64,000 nucleotides of DNA, from NCBI GenBank assembly GCA_965279515.1, contig CBDIID010000003.1, positions 1,216,001 through 1,280,000 on the forward strand. The letters run 5' to 3'. Both the position numbers and the translations under genes were made by a program. Positions 41,542 through 52,508 of this stretch are shown here, in pieces (the stretch's first letter is position 1; each line of letters opens with the position of its first letter). Source of the DNA: Turneriella sp. GTDB taxonomy: Bacteria > Spirochaetota > Leptospiria > Turneriellales > Turneriellaceae. Under the pieces are notes generated by a model that was given only the letters and a program-made list of their open reading frames with translations, made no database searches and was not told the DNA's origin.

Positions 41542-41551
41542 TTATATTACC

Positions 41552-42223
41552 TCAGCTAGCTGCCGGCACTGGAGCTGCAGCCACGGCTTTGTCAGCCAGG
41601 GCCTTACGTTTCTCGTCGCGGCGCTGTTTTGAATAATTACCAAAGAGCACGGGCAGAGGAATTCCGCGCCGCAGCTTTGCCTGTTCGATACCGTCGAGTT
41701 GTTTCAGACCGTCGAGCGTCGCTTTAACAATGTTCAAGGGGTTTGTAGAGCCAATCGCTTTTGTCAGAATGTCGTGGATACCCGCGAGTTCGACTACCGC
41801 ACGTACCGAAGCACCGGCGATGATACCAGTACCGGGAGCGCCCGGTTTCAGCATCACGCGCGCCGATTTAAAACGGCCGATGACTTCGTGAGGGATAGTA
41901 TTGCCCTTTTTGCGGATCTTCATGACGCCTTTTTTTGCGTCTTCGATCGATTTACGGATCGCTTCCGGAACTTCCTTCGCCTTACCGAAGCCAAGACCGA
42001 CATACGTCTGTCCGTCGCCGACAACAGTCAGCGCATTGAATGAGAAGCGGCGACCGCCCTTCACAACTTTTGCCACGCGGGCCATATTGACCACACGCTC
42101 TGTGAGTTCTATTGTCTGACCGTCGATTTCGATCAGGTTCTTCTTAACGCCTTCTTTGGGGCCGTTCTTTTTACGCCCACCCGGCTTTCTGCCGCCGCCG
42201 CCCTGTTGCTTTGAGTCTTCCAT
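41552..42223 (-). CDS. rpsE: 30S ribosomal protein S5
   Basis: [34 protein letters not shown]. Confidence 0.97.
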   Translation of the reverse strand: MEDSKQQGGGGRKPGGRKKNGPKEGVKKNLIEIDGQTIELTERVVNMARVAKVVKGGRRFSFNALTVVGDGQTYVGLGFGKAKEVPEAIRKSIEDAKKGVMKIRKKGNTIPHEVIGRFKSARVMLKPGAPGTGIIAGASVRAVVELAGIHDILTKAIGSTNPLNIVKATLDGLKQLDGIEQAKLRRGIPLPVLFGNYSKQRRDEKRKALADKAVAAAPVPAAS

Positions 42224-42228
42224 AATGA

Positions 42229-42615
42229 TTAGATCTTAACTCCCTTTTCGCGGAGTTTTTCCGCAAAGCTTTGCACACGGCCGTGATACAGTTTTGCACC
42301 GCGATCGAAAATATAACCTTCATCGAGCTTCAGGTTAGCTCCCTGCATTTTACCGACCAGAGTTTCTGCGAGCTTTGCAGAGTGTTCTTTGTTGGTGAAC
42401 GATTTTCTCTCTTTAGTCTGCAGCGCCTTGTCGAGCGTTGAGCAGGTAATCAGTGTTTTACCCGCAGCATCGTCGAACAGTTGAGCATAGAGATGTTTTC
42501 CGGATACATGGAAATAGATGCGGCGCTTGCCGGCACGATTTCCCTTGCGGAGGCCTGCACGCACACGCGCAACCCGTTTTGATTTCTGGCGATTAAGTCT
42601 TGCTACCGATGGCAT
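42229..42615 (-). CDS. rplR: 50S ribosomal protein L18
   Basis: KHLYAQL.DD, FDRG...YHGRV. Confidence 0.94.
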   Translation of the reverse strand: MPSVARLNRQKSKRVARVRAGLRKGNRAGKRRIYFHVSGKHLYAQLFDDAAGKTLITCSTLDKALQTKERKSFTNKEHSAKLAETLVGKMQGANLKLDEGYIFDRGAKLYHGRVQSFAEKLREKGVKI

Positions 42616-42624
42616 ATATCCCTC

Positions 42625-43167
42625 TTACTTCTTAGCGCCCGCTTTACCAGCTTTGCGGCGGACATGCTCGTTCTCATAACGAATACCTTTACCTTTGTAA
42701 GGCTCGGGTTCCTTAAAACCGCGGATCTGTGCTGCCACCTGACCCACGCGCTGTTTATCAATACCGCTCACCTTGAGCTTGGTATTCTCGAGAACCTCGA
42801 CGACAACGTCTGCGGGTTCTTTAAAAATAACATCATGAGAAAAACCGAGGCTAAAGACAACGTCCTTACCCTTTTTCTGTGCGCGGTATCCCACACCCTG
42901 CAGCAGCAGGATTTTCGAATAGCCGGTAGTCGTACCGACGACGCTGTTTTGCACCAGCGACCGCACGAGGCCGTGTTTGGCGCGCAGCGTCTTTTCATCG
43001 CTCGAGCGTGTCAGTTTCGCAATATTCCCTTCGATCTCCAGTTTGAGGCCTGGGAACATGGGAGCCGTGAGCGAACCCTTAGGGCCTTTCACAGTAACGC
43101 TGTCTGCACCAGCGGTGATTGTTACACCCGCCGGGACATCGATAATTTTGTTTCCTATGCGCGACAT
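42625..43167 (-). CDS. rplF: 50S ribosomal protein L6
   Basis: MSRIG, GVGYRA, PEPYKGKGIRY. Confidence 0.97.
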   Translation of the reverse strand: MSRIGNKIIDVPAGVTITAGADSVTVKGPKGSLTAPMFPGLKLEIEGNIAKLTRSSDEKTLRAKHGLVRSLVQNSVVGTTTGYSKILLLQGVGYRAQKKGKDVVFSLGFSHDVIFKEPADVVVEVLENTKLKVSGIDKQRVGQVAAQIRGFKEPEPYKGKGIRYENEHVRRKAGKAGAKK

Positions 43168-43176
43168 ATATCTTCC

Positions 43177-43569
43177 TTAGTAGATCCGGCAGAGAAATTC
43201 GCCACCGACATGCTGGAACTTTGCTTCTTTCTCAGAAAGCACTCCCTTCGGTGTGGAAAAAATACTCAAACCCATGTTGTTACGCGTAGGTTTGATCTCT
43301 TTCCATGGCAGGTAAATGCGGCGGCCGGGTTTTGAAATTCTTTCAATTGCCGAGAACACAGCTTTGTTTTCATAATATCTGAGGTCGATCTTCGCCATGC
43401 GCGCCGCACCGCTCTTAAAGACAACAAATCCTTCTACAAAACCTTCGGATTTGAGAATCCCGAGAATCTTCTCGCAGGTATTGTTGATACGCACTTCTAC
43501 GTTTTCATGATTCGCGCGTCCGGCGTTCCGGATTCGCGTTAACATATCTGATATTAAATCGTTTGTCAT
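43177..43569 (-). CDS. rpsH: 30S ribosomal protein S8
   Basis: DMLTRIRNA, ISKPGRRIY, STPKG, GGE. Confidence 0.97.
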   Translation of the reverse strand: MTNDLISDMLTRIRNAGRANHENVEVRINNTCEKILGILKSEGFVEGFVVFKSGAARMAKIDLRYYENKAVFSAIERISKPGRRIYLPWKEIKPTRNNMGLSIFSTPKGVLSEKEAKFQHVGGEFLCRIY

Positions 43570-43576
43570 AATATTC

Positions 43577-43762
43577 TCACCAAGAAGATTTGCTTACACC
43601 GGGAATGAGTCCGCGTGATGCATTTTCACGGAAACAGATACGGCACATCTCGAAACGGCGCATGTAGCCGTGCGCGCGACCGCAGAGCGGGCAACGGTTG
43701 TAACCGCGGGACGTAAATTTTGGCTTACGCGCCGCTTTGATTTCCATTGATTTCTTTGCCAT
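43577..43762 (-). CDS. rpsN: 30S ribosomal protein S14 (61-aa Zn-binding type)
   Basis: RCPLCGR...MCRICFRE...IPGV.KSSW. Confidence 0.96.
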   Translation of the reverse strand: MAKKSMEIKAARKPKFTSRGYNRCPLCGRAHGYMRRFEMCRICFRENASRGLIPGVSKSSW

Positions 43763-43767
43763 AAGTC

Positions 43768-44340
43768 CTATTTACCTTTCCGAATCGGAAAATTGAATTT
43801 TTCGAGCAGTTTTGCCGAATGCGCTGCGCCTTCGGATTGAATCACCAGGGTCACATCCATACCGTGGATCTGTTCCACGTCATCGAATGTAATCTCGGGG
43901 AAAATGATCTGCTCTTTGATACCAAGGCTGTAGTTGCCGCGCGCGTCGAATGACTTCGGGCTCAGGCCGTTAAAGTCACGAACCCGCGGCAGGGCCACGT
44001 TGACGAGGCGGTCGAGGAATTCATACATACGGTCGCCACGCAGTGTGACTGTCACACCAATCGCGAGGCCTTCGCGCAGTTTGAAGTTCGAGATCGCTTC
44101 TTTCGCGCGCGTCTTAACCGGTGCCTGACCGGTGATGGCTGCTATTTCGGTTACGACGCCCTCGATCGATTTGGGATTCGCTACCGCAAAGCCCGCTCCG
44201 ACATTCAAAACGATCTTCTTTAATACAGGAACCTGCATGACTGAGCGTACGCCCAGCTCTTGCTTGAGTTCACCGCGGATCTTCTCGTTGTAGAGTTTTC
44301 TTAAACGAGGCTGAGGTCTTGTTGCTGTTGCCGTTGCCAT
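43768..44340 (-). CDS. rplE: 50S ribosomal protein L5
   Basis: [27 protein letters not shown]. Confidence 0.97.
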   Translation of the reverse strand: MATATATRPQPRLRKLYNEKIRGELKQELGVRSVMQVPVLKKIVLNVGAGFAVANPKSIEGVVTEIAAITGQAPVKTRAKEAISNFKLREGLAIGVTVTLRGDRMYEFLDRLVNVALPRVRDFNGLSPKSFDARGNYSLGIKEQIIFPEITFDDVEQIHGMDVTLVIQSEGAAHSAKLLEKFNFPIRKGK

Positions 44341-44343
44341 ATA

Positions 44344-44688
44344 TTAATCCAATGCCCGCTTGCGCTCTGATGCTACGGAGAACCGGGCTTTTTTGCCGTT
44401 TTTATCCGCTGCATATGAAATGCGTGTGGCCTTTTTTTCTTTAGAATCGTAGTATTGAACGTTAGAAAGCGCAATTGGCATTTCGATTTCGACGATGCCA
44501 CCTTTTGGGTTTTCCTGCGATGGACGTGAGAAACGTTTTCTCAGGTTCACACCTTTGATGACGATTTGTTCTTTCTCGCGGTCAATGCGCAGAATCTCGC
44601 CGCGCGACTTCTTGTGTTTGCCAGCGATGACAATCACTTCGTCTTTGACTTTGAGGCGTGTTTTGATTTTTTCAGGAGCCGCTTTCAT
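44344..44688 (-). CDS. rplX: 50S ribosomal protein L24
   Basis: D.VIVIAGK.K, GVN, GGIVEIE.PI..SNV. Confidence 0.95.
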   Translation of the reverse strand: MKAAPEKIKTRLKVKDEVIVIAGKHKKSRGEILRIDREKEQIVIKGVNLRKRFSRPSQENPKGGIVEIEMPIALSNVQYYDSKEKKATRISYAADKNGKKARFSVASERKRALD

Positions 44689-44690
44689 AA

Positions 44691-45083
44691 TTACAGTACC
44701 TCAGGTGCCAGGGAGATGATCTTCATAAACTGGCGGTCGCGCAATTCACGCGCCACAGGTCCGAAGATACGCGTTCCTTTCGGGTTGTTCTGGTTGTCGA
44801 TGAGAGCGCAGGCGTTCTCGTCGAAACGGATATAAGAGCCATCGGCGCGGCGCAGTTCTTTTTTCGTGCGTACGATGACCGCGCGCTGGACCTGTTTCTT
44901 GTGGTCCTTTTTACCCATAGAGTCTTTGATACCGTATGCGGGTGTCGCCGACTTCACCGCGACGACGATGATATCACCGACGCCTGCGTAGCGCTTCTTA
45001 GAACCACCCAATACTTTAATCAGTTGAACCTGGCGCGCTCCGGTGTTATCCGCAACTTTCAGCCATGAGAGCATTTGTAACAT
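44691..45083 (-). CDS. rplN: 50S ribosomal protein L14
   Basis: [34 protein letters not shown]. Confidence 0.97.
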   Translation of the reverse strand: MLQMLSWLKVADNTGARQVQLIKVLGGSKKRYAGVGDIIVVAVKSATPAYGIKDSMGKKDHKKQVQRAVIVRTKKELRRADGSYIRFDENACALIDNQNNPKGTRIFGPVARELRDRQFMKIISLAPEVL

Positions 45084-45086
45084 AGT

Positions 45087-45371
45087 TTATCCTACCACCG
45101 GCAGGTCTTCTGCCTTACGCGCGACAATTTTCTGCAGCGCATAGCGCTTGCGTTTTGAATGCGGGCGCGATTCTTCGATCACGACTGTATCGCCCTCTTT
45201 CGCCTCTGTCTTTTCATCATGCGCCATGATTTTTTTAGTCTGGCGGATGGTTTTCTTAAAATGCGCGTCTTGTTTGCGGAACGCGATCGACACAACGATT
45301 GTTTTGGGAGTTTTTGCCGAAACAACAATCCCCTGGACCGTCTTTTTTGCTTTTTTTACTGCTTCACTCAT
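45087..45371 (-). CDS. rpsQ: 30S ribosomal protein S17
   Basis: G.VVS.K..KTIVV, AHDE, GD.V.I.ESRP.SK.K. Confidence 0.95.
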   Translation of the reverse strand: MSEAVKKAKKTVQGIVVSAKTPKTIVVSIAFRKQDAHFKKTIRQTKKIMAHDEKTEAKEGDTVVIEESRPHSKRKRYALQKIVARKAEDLPVVG

Positions 45372-45619
45372 GCTTTAACCGCCGCCTGGCTGCCCGTTGC
45401 AGCTTGATTCTTGCGCTGGTTTTGCACCGTCAGAATGCGCGCAATGTCTTTCTTAAGAATACCGACGCGGGCGTTGTTCGTGTATGATGACGTCACCATG
45501 CTGAACCGGATTTCCTGGAGTTCTTTGCGAAAATCGCCGTGGTAACGCGCGAGTTCCGCCTCGGTCAGCTCTGAGAAATTGACCTTTTTAGTCGCTTTTT
45601 TCTTTTCCGCTTTAGCCAT
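45368..45619 (-). CDS. rpmC: 50S ribosomal protein L29
   Basis: KEL..IRF, KKDIARILT; between rplP and rpsQ; ATG 45619 preferred. Confidence 0.9.
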   Translation of the reverse strand: MAKAEKKKATKKVNFSELTEAELARYHGDFRKELQEIRFSMVTSSYTNNARVGILKKDIARILTVQNQRKNQAATGSQAAVKA

Positions 45620-45667
45620 GGGAGACGTCCATTTTCTGATTTTTAGACATACCGTCAATCAGTCTGG

Positions 45668-46078
45668 TCACTTGGCCCTCTTGACGATCTTGGTCTTAAT
45701 AGGCAGCTTCGCGGCCGCACGTGTCAGCGCTTCTGCCATCACTTTTTCTTCCGCGCCGCCCATTTCAAACATGACTTTGCCCGGTTTTACGATCGCTACG
45801 TAGTATTCCACGCTTCCTTTACCTTTACCCTGGCGGGTTTCGGCGGGTTTGCTGGTTACCGGGCGATCGGGAAAAATGCGGATCCAGACTTTGGCGCCAC
45901 GGCGCACGTGGCGCATCATGGCTACCCGGGCAGCTTCGATCTGGCGCGAGGTAATGCGCTCGCCTGAGACCGCCTTAAGGCCCATGTCTCCGAAAGCAAC
46001 GGAATTGCCGCCCTTCGAGAAGCCCCTCAGGTTCAGCGTGTGTGGCTTACGCCATTTGAGTCGTTTTGGTGCCAGCAT
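45668..46078 (-). CDS. rplP: 50S ribosomal protein L16
   Basis: RQIEAAR, WIRIFPD, KPAETR.GKGKG, KLP. Confidence 0.97.
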   Translation of the reverse strand: MLAPKRLKWRKPHTLNLRGFSKGGNSVAFGDMGLKAVSGERITSRQIEAARVAMMRHVRRGAKVWIRIFPDRPVTSKPAETRQGKGKGSVEYYVAIVKPGKVMFEMGGAEEKVMAEALTRAAAKLPIKTKIVKRAK

Positions 46079-46087
46079 GATTAATCC

Positions 46088-46765
46088 TTATGCCTCGCGG
46101 CGCTTGATCGTGTATTTGTCCTCGTCGGTTTCTTTCGATTCGAGGTAGTCGCCCGTATAAATCCAGACTTTGACGCCGATCTTACCGAATGTGGTATCAG
46201 CTTCTGCCGTACCGTAGTCGATGATCGCACGCAATGTATGCAGGGGAACGCGGCCTTCGAGGTACTGCTCGCGGCGCGCCATATCGGCACCGTTAAGTCG
46301 ACCCGAAACCATCACGCGCACGCCGAGCGCACCAGCGCGGATTGCCGAGCGCAGGGCCATCTTCATCGCACGGCGGAAAGCCATACGGTCTTCGAGCTGC
46401 AGCGCCACTGATTCGGCTAATGCCTGGGCAGAGCCATCGGGCTTAGCCACTTCAATGATTTTGACTTCGAGCGGCTTCGTCACCATCGTGCGCAGCGTCG
46501 CTTTCAGGGCTTCGATCTTCTTGCCTTGCTGGCCGATGACCAGACCTGGCTTAGTGCTGTGGAGTTTAACGTGCACTTTCTCAGGAAAGCGCTCGATCCC
46601 CACTTTCACAATACCACTTTTGTTAAAACGGTCTTTGATGTGCTTACGGATCTTCAGGTCTTCATGCAGCGTCGCCGCATAAGTTTCTTTTTTGTGATAC
46701 CAGACGCTGTCCCATGTGCGGGTAATTTTAAGGCGCAGGCCGATTGGATTTGTTTTCTGTCCCAT
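46088..46765 (-). CDS. rpsC: 30S ribosomal protein S3
   Basis: [35 protein letters not shown]. Confidence 0.97.
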   Translation of the reverse strand: MGQKTNPIGLRLKITRTWDSVWYHKKETYAATLHEDLKIRKHIKDRFNKSGIVKVGIERFPEKVHVKLHSTKPGLVIGQQGKKIEALKATLRTMVTKPLEVKIIEVAKPDGSAQALAESVALQLEDRMAFRRAMKMALRSAIRAGALGVRVMVSGRLNGADMARREQYLEGRVPLHTLRAIIDYGTAEADTTFGKIGVKVWIYTGDYLESKETDEDKYTIKRREA

Positions 46766-46771
46766 TGCTTA

Positions 46772-47110
46772 TTAACCTTCGTCTGACAGTACGATTGTCA
46801 GTTTGGATGTCTTCTTTTGAATACGATCGGCGCGACCGCGCGCCCGCGGCATGAAACGTTTCATGAGCGGGCCACCGTCGACAAAGATCTTCTTGATAAA
46901 GAGAGCACGTTCATCGACGCCGGGGTTGATCACGCGCGCATTAGCCGCCGCGCTGATTAGCGCTTTGAGAATGATGCGTGAACTCTTGCGCGGGATATGT
47001 TTGAGGATATCCACCGCTTCTGGGTATTCGTAACCACGCACTTCGTTCGCCACAAGACGCATCTTGCGCGCGGACATTCTGACCTGGTCTACTGAGGCTT
47101 TTGATTCCAT
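46772..47110 (-). CDS. rplV: 50S ribosomal protein L22
   Basis: SARK.RLVA..VRG, SA.ANA, PRARGRA. Confidence 0.96.
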   Translation of the reverse strand: MESKASVDQVRMSARKMRLVANEVRGYEYPEAVDILKHIPRKSSRIILKALISAAANARVINPGVDERALFIKKIFVDGGPLMKRFMPRARGRADRIQKKTSKLTIVLSDEG

Positions 47111-47121
47111 CTATATCCCCG

Positions 47122-47418
47122 TTATTTAGGCGGCGCAGAGGGCGCGGCTTTTTTCTTATCGAGGCTGGTATGGCCTTTGTATGTGCGTGTCGGCGCAAAT
47201 TCACCGAGTTTATGGCCGACAACGTTTTCATTCACGTAAACGGGAATGAATTTGCTCCCGTTATGCACGAGGAATGTCATGCCTACCATTTCAGGAAAGA
47301 TTGTCGAACGGCGCGACCATGTTTTGATCGGCTTTTTATCGTTCGTCGCCTTCGCCTTTTCAACTTTCTTGAAAAGGTGTTGGTCGATAAAAGGACCTTT
47401 TTTCAGTGAGCGAGACAT
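47122..47418 (-). CDS. rpsS: 30S ribosomal protein S19
   Basis: [26 protein letters not shown]. Confidence 0.97.
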   Translation of the reverse strand: MSRSLKKGPFIDQHLFKKVEKAKATNDKKPIKTWSRRSTIFPEMVGMTFLVHNGSKFIPVYVNENVVGHKLGEFAPTRTYKGHTSLDKKKAAPSAPPK

Positions 47419-48260
47419 TATTCACCACCTCGTGTGCGTACTTTACGCGAGACAATGAAACGTTCCGATGTCTTGCGCTTATTGCGTGTTTTTTTACCGC
47501 GTGTTGGCTTACCCCATGGCGTCACCGGATGGCGACCGCCCGAAGTTTTACCTTCACCACCACCCAATGGGTGGTCGACCGGGTTCATCGCCACACCGCG
47601 TACGCGGGGACGTTTGCCAAGCCAGCGTGAGCGGCCGGCTTTTCCGATCGATACAAGTTCGTGCTCATGGTTACCCACAACGCCAATCGTCGCGATGCAA
47701 CGGTTGTGCACTTTGCGCGTTTCACCAGAAGGCAGTTTGACGATGGTATATTCACCATCGCGCCCTGAGATGATCGCAAATGCACCCGCAGAGCGTGCGA
47801 GCTGTGCGCCACGGCCGAGTGTCAGTTCGATGTTGTGGACGTTGGCGCCGATCGGCAGCGTGCCGATGGGAGCAGCATTGCCGATCTCGATCTCGACCTT
47901 CTCGCCTGAGACGATCTTCTGACCAACTTTAAGGCCTTTTGGTGCGATGATATAAGAACGCGCACCGTCTGCATAACAGACCAAGGCGATGTTCGCAGAG
48001 CGGTTCGGGTCGTATTCGATGGTTTCAACCACAGCAGGGATGTTCAGCTTGTTGCGGCGGAAATCGATGATGCGGTAACGGCGTTTGTGTCCGCCACCCC
48101 GGCGACGCACAGTAATGCGGCCATGGTTGTTGCGGCCCGCAGTTTCTTTGAGGTAGGTCAGGAGCGGCTTATGCGGCTCTGACGCTGTTACTTCATCCGA
48201 CTGGAGAACCGTTTTGTAACGGAGTGTCGGGGTTTTCGGTCTGAATCTCTTAATTGGCAT
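47418..48260 (-). CDS. rplB: 50S ribosomal protein L2
   Basis: [32 protein letters not shown]. Confidence 0.98.
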   Translation of the reverse strand: MPIKRFRPKTPTLRYKTVLQSDEVTASEPHKPLLTYLKETAGRNNHGRITVRRRGGGHKRRYRIIDFRRNKLNIPAVVETIEYDPNRSANIALVCYADGARSYIIAPKGLKVGQKIVSGEKVEIEIGNAAPIGTLPIGANVHNIELTLGRGAQLARSAGAFAIISGRDGEYTIVKLPSGETRKVHNRCIATIGVVGNHEHELVSIGKAGRSRWLGKRPRVRGVAMNPVDHPLGGGEGKTSGGRHPVTPWGKPTRGKKTRNKRKTSERFIVSRKVRTRGGE

Positions 48261-48262
48261 CG

Positions 48263-48547
48263 TTATACCCCTTCGAAAAGAGCGATTTTATCGTTCTTGT
48301 TTAAATAGACATACGCTTTCTTACGGCGATCTGTATAGCCGACATTGAATTTGTTGGCTTTAGCATCCGAACGGCTCACCAGCGTGTTCACCTTAAGGGG
48401 TGTTACGCCGAAAATCTTGCGGATTGCTTGTTTCACCAGCGTTTTGTTCGCGTTGATATTGACCTCGAACACGTAGCAGTTTTGAGCGCGCAGTGCCTCT
48501 GCTTTTTCAGAGACGAGCGGCTTTTTAATGACATCGTACAGATTCAT
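48263..48547 (-). CDS. rplW: 50S ribosomal protein L23
   Basis: P.VSEKA, YVFEV...ANK, KKAYV.L. Confidence 0.95.
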   Translation of the reverse strand: MNLYDVIKKPLVSEKAEALRAQNCYVFEVNINANKTLVKQAIRKIFGVTPLKVNTLVSRSDAKANKFNVGYTDRRKKAYVYLNKNDKIALFEGV

Positions 48548-48555
48548 ATTTCCTC

Positions 48556-49251
48556 TTATAATAATGCCGAGAACTTCTTATCGAGTTCGGCGAGTGCTGC
48601 CTTGCTGACCACGAGGCCTGCGTTATAGAACAGCGCTGTTGCAGGAATGCGCGACGCATTGACTGCTTTCACCCAGGGAATATTGCGCAGCGACGCTGCA
48701 TCTTTGCTTTCTGTCGAAGCCATGATGACGGCGATCGAGTGGCGGGCATCGTTGCTGTTCTTACGCAGCTTCTTCTTGGAACGGCCTTCTGTTTGCAGCT
48801 TAGCACCTTCGGTGATCTTGCTGATTGTCTGGAATGCAGTCTTTGTCGAAGCTTTTTCGAGGTTAAGACCATCATATACGACAACCATTTTATCCTGAAC
48901 TTTTTTCGCGAGAATGTGCGCTACGCCGACTTGTTTCTTCTGGCGTGAGATCGAATCACGGTATTCGCGTGGCAGGGGCCCGAACACGATACCGCCGTGG
49001 CGCCACTGCGGCGAACGGATTGAACCCTGGCGCGCATTACCTGTGCCTTTTTGTTTCCACGGCTTTTTACCGCCGCCCGAAACTTCGGCCTTGGTCTTCG
49101 TCTTGTGCGTGCCCTGGCGTTGGTTCGCCTGCTCTGCCTTGATGACTTCCCAGATCAGGTGTTCGTTCACCTTGAGGGATGCAATCTTGTCAGAGATCTG
49201 TGCGTCGCCAGAGGCTGAGCCGGTGGCGGAATATGCTTTCAGTGATGCCAT
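48556..49251 (-). CDS. rplD: 50S ribosomal protein L4
   Basis: RQGTHKTK..AEVSGGGKKPWKQKGTGNARQGSIRSP. Confidence 0.97.
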   Translation of the reverse strand: MASLKAYSATGSASGDAQISDKIASLKVNEHLIWEVIKAEQANQRQGTHKTKTKAEVSGGGKKPWKQKGTGNARQGSIRSPQWRHGGIVFGPLPREYRDSISRQKKQVGVAHILAKKVQDKMVVVYDGLNLEKASTKTAFQTISKITEGAKLQTEGRSKKKLRKNSNDARHSIAVIMASTESKDAASLRNIPWVKAVNASRIPATALFYNAGLVVSKAALAELDKKFSALL

Positions 49252-49260
49252 TGTTATACC

Positions 49261-49887
49261 TTAATTTTTATAGAGAAACAGCGTCGTGCCCTGGTGACCT
49301 GGCACCGCTCCCTTGAGCAGTACGACGTTATCTTCGGGGATAATGCGGAAGATTTCAACGTTTTTCACTGTCGCTGTCTTTGCACCTTTATGACCAGGCA
49401 TCTTTTTGCCTTTCATAACCTCACCTGGAGTCTTGCGGTTACCGATAGATCCGGGCTGGCGGTGAAATTTTGAACCGTGCGACATACGACCGCCGCCAAA
49501 TTTGTAGCGCTTCACAACGCCGGCGAAACCCTTACCTTTGCTGGTACCAGCGACATAGATCTTTTCGCCCGCGGCGAAAAGTTCACAGGTCAGCGAATCG
49601 CCGGCCTGTTTGTCGGTGTTAAAATCGCGCAGCTCGATCGCTTCGCGAACGAACTTGCCTGATTTTTCTTTTGCAGCTTTCTGATGGCCCTTCTCCGCTT
49701 TGCTGACCAGTTTCTCGGCGATATCGCCAAAACCAATCTGCACGGATGAATAACCGTCTTTTTCTTTCGTCTTCACCTGCAGCACGGGACAGGGTCCTGC
49801 CTGCACCGCGGTGACGGCGACTTGTTCACCAGCATCGCTCCAAACACTGAGCATGCCGATTTTTTTTGCGAGAAGACCCTTTTGCAT
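49261..49887 (-). CDS. rplC: 50S ribosomal protein L3
   Basis: KIGM, DGY..VQ, SKGKGF.GVVKR, HR.PGSIG, KG.VPG. Confidence 0.97.
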   Translation of the reverse strand: MQKGLLAKKIGMLSVWSDAGEQVAVTAVQAGPCPVLQVKTKEKDGYSSVQIGFGDIAEKLVSKAEKGHQKAAKEKSGKFVREAIELRDFNTDKQAGDSLTCELFAAGEKIYVAGTSKGKGFAGVVKRYKFGGGRMSHGSKFHRQPGSIGNRKTPGEVMKGKKMPGHKGAKTATVKNVEIFRIIPEDNVVLLKGAVPGHQGTTLFLYKN

Positions 49888-49922
49888 TTTATTCCCTTAA
49901 TTTCGCCTTTTTCTTATCTTAA

Positions 49923-50231
49923 TTAGGACTTGATATAGACCATCACGCCCGCTGGAAGCTGGAGCTTCATCAGGGCATCGATGGTGTCTTCTGTCGGTTC
50001 AAGGATGTCGATCAGTCGTGAATGCGTGCGCATTTCGTACTGATCGCGTGCATCTTTGTACACGAACGTCGAACGGAGGACAGTGAATTTTTCAATTCGT
50101 GTCGGCAGTGGCACCGGACCCGCGATTTTCGCGCGGGTACGCTGTACTGTGCCGACGATGTCTCCCGTCGACTGATCTAACAGCCGCTGGTCGAACGACT
50201 TGAGTTTAACGCGTATCTTTTGAGCGGCCAT
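49923..50231 (-). CDS. rpsJ: 30S ribosomal protein S10
   Basis: [23 protein letters not shown]. Confidence 0.97.
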   Translation of the reverse strand: MAAQKIRVKLKSFDQRLLDQSTGDIVGTVQRTRAKIAGPVPLPTRIEKFTVLRSTFVYKDARDQYEMRTHSRLIDILEPTEDTIDALMKLQLPAGVMVYIKS

Positions 50232-50239
50232 TTTAATCC

Positions 50240-51445
50240 TTATTCGAGAATCTTACCGACGACGCCGGCACCGATCGTACGGCCACCTTCACGAATCGCG
50301 AAACGAAGACCTTCTTCCATCGCGATCGGGTTGATGAGCTCAGCTGTGATCGTTACGTTGTCACCGGGGTTTACCATTTCAACGCCTGTGGGCAGGTTGA
50401 CGGTACCAGTTACGTCTGTTGTTCTGAAGTAGAACTGTGGACGGTATTTGTCAAAGAACGGAGTGTGGCGGCCGCCCTCGTCTTTTGTGAGAACGAGAAC
50501 TTCACCGGAGAACTTCTTGTGAGGCTTCACGGTGCCTGGTTTTACGATAACCTGGCCACGTTCTACGTCTTCTTTCTTTGTACCACGGAGGAGCAAACCT
50601 ACGTTGTCGCCCGCCTGACCGAAGTCGAGGAGCTTGCGGAACATTTCGATACCGGTTACGATGGTCTTCTGCGTATCGCGGATGCCAACGATTTCAATCT
50701 CTTCGTTCACGTTTACCTTACCGCGCTCAACACGACCTGTACAAACTGTACCACGGCCTGTGATCGAGAACACGTCTTCGATAGGCATCAGGAACGGTTT
50801 GTCGACAACGCGTACCGGATCTTTTACATATGCATCGAGTGTTTCTGCAAGTTTCAGAATTGCGCCTTCGCCGAGTTCGCCTGTGTCGCCTTCAACGGCC
50901 TTAAGGCCTGAACCAGCAACAAAGGGCACTTCGCCACCTGGGAAGCCGTATTTTGTCAACAGGTCGCGGACTTCCATCTCAACGAGCTCTTGCATTTCTT
51001 TACGGTCGCCTTCGGGCAGCATGTCGACTTTATTAAGGAAGACAACGATCTGGGGAACACCCACCTGCTTAGCGAGAAGGATGTGCTCACGAGTCTGTGG
51101 CATCGGGCCGTCAACGGCTGAAACTACGAGAATCGCTGCGTCCATCTGAGCAGCACCGGTGATCATGTTCTTCACATAGTCGGCGTGGCCGGGGCAGTCA
51201 ACGTGTGCGTAGTGACGGTTCGCTGTTTCGTATTCCTGGTGCGATGTCGCAATGGTGATACCGCGTGCACGCTCTTCTGGAGCGTTATCGATCTCAGCGT
51301 ATGATACCGCTTTGTTCTTTCCGCCGAATTTGCGTGCAAGCACCGTAGTGATCGCCGCTGTCAGCGTGGTTTTGCCGTGGTCAACGTGGCCGATTGTGCC
51401 TACGTTTACGTGCGTTTTACTTCTATCAAATTTCTCTTTTGCCAT
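50240..51445 (-). CDS. tuf: Elongation factor Tu
   Basis: [32 protein letters not shown]. Confidence 0.99.
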   Translation of the reverse strand: MAKEKFDRSKTHVNVGTIGHVDHGKTTLTAAITTVLARKFGGKNKAVSYAEIDNAPEERARGITIATSHQEYETANRHYAHVDCPGHADYVKNMITGAAQMDAAILVVSAVDGPMPQTREHILLAKQVGVPQIVVFLNKVDMLPEGDRKEMQELVEMEVRDLLTKYGFPGGEVPFVAGSGLKAVEGDTGELGEGAILKLAETLDAYVKDPVRVVDKPFLMPIEDVFSITGRGTVCTGRVERGKVNVNEEIEIVGIRDTQKTIVTGIEMFRKLLDFGQAGDNVGLLLRGTKKEDVERGQVIVKPGTVKPHKKFSGEVLVLTKDEGGRHTPFFDKYRPQFYFRTTDVTGTVNLPTGVEMVNPGDNVTITAELINPIAMEEGLRFAIREGGRTIGAGVVGKILE

Positions 51446-51622
51446 TTACGTTCTCCTCAATATATTTGGCTCTGCCGCATACAGCACCCTGAGCAGACCG
51501 CTTGCGATCTGCATGGGCCGTCTACACGACAAAGCCTCAAATGTTAAAAGTTCGCACTGGTTTTGTGATCCAGGCCCGAAACACAGCTTTTACTATGCGC
51601 GAGCCACCAAGTACAGGCAGTC

Positions 51623-51650
51623 AGTTTTTGAGATTGCGTCATGGTGACAA
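51623..51650 (-). promoter_or_regulatory. Candidate sigma-70 promoter of the tuf-S10 operon
   Basis: Minus strand TTGTCA-N16-AAAACT with AT-rich upstream sequence; weak -10. Confidence 0.35.
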
Positions 51651-51740
51651 TAAAAATAGGATTTCCAGCACCCCGGAATGCATTTTTTCGCAGCGCTGGG
51701 GAAAAAATCCCGTGATTATGTCACATAAACAGCATGCGGC

Positions 51741-52508
51741 CTAATCAGGGACGACGGGGAGCTGTGTTCCCGAACCGAAACGATACCCTATAGAAAGGCT
51801 AAATGTATGCCCGGTGAGCGTGGCAATATTGGTACCAGATGTCAATCCCGGAAAAAAGGAGAAGCCGCCGAAAAACTCAGCCATTCCGCGATATTCCAGC
51901 ATGATGCGCATTGTCTCCATGGGCAGATACTGCAGGCCAAAGCGAAGCATCGCATGAAAACCGACCCCACTGGTATCAGAAACGCTTTCGCCGCCTGAAG
52001 CAACAGTATACTTAGCCTTGCCACCGCTGAGGCCAGCAACAAAGCCCATTTCATAACCAAAAGACGAACTGACAGGCATATGCCAGCCGAGGTGAAACGA
52101 GCCACGGATTACCTGCAACGAGGGCGAATTCGATTCCGCAGCTGCAACCGCATTCTGCGCCGTGATTTTTTTATCAGCGTCCCATTTAGTGTATTTCCAG
52201 GTAGAATCGGCCGCTGCCTGCCCGATCGTTCCGCTGATCTCTCCCCCGATAATAAAGAAACCGTCTGCTTTCGGCCGGTAGTTGGAATACCGCAGGCCCA
52301 TGAAAACATTCTCGCGCAAATAAATTGTTTCCGGAGTTTCAAACTTTGTAGTGCCCGCGCCGATCAGGTAACTCTGCCGGCTGAATCCAGCCCAGGAAAA
52401 ACCAGAGCCGCCTATGGCGTCGACTACATGAAAAGAAAACAACGGCGATACAGCGCCGAAAAAGATCACAGATGCGACACCGCGCAGGAAAAAATCAGTC
52501 TTTCTCAT
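51741..52508 (-). CDS. Outer-membrane beta-barrel protein
   Basis: Signal peptide, Gly/aromatic amphipathic strands, SLSIGYRF near the C-terminus. Confidence 0.7.
   Translation of the reverse strand: MRKTDFFLRGVASVIFFGAVSPLFSFHVVDAIGGSGFSWAGFSRQSYLIGAGTTKFETPETIYLRENVFMGLRYSNYRPKADGFFIIGGEISGTIGQAAADSTWKYTKWDADKKITAQNAVAAAESNSPSLQVIRGSFHLGWHMPVSSSFGYEMGFVAGLSGGKAKYTVASGGESVSDTSGVGFHAMLRFGLQYLPMETMRIMLEYRGMAEFFGGFSFFPGLTSGTNIATLTGHTFSLSIGYRFGSGTQLPVVPD

Noticed and set aside
45612..45650. 12-codon ORF MSKNQKMDVSHG between rplP and rpmC
   Set aside because: Too short, no clear SD; cannot be distinguished from chance.
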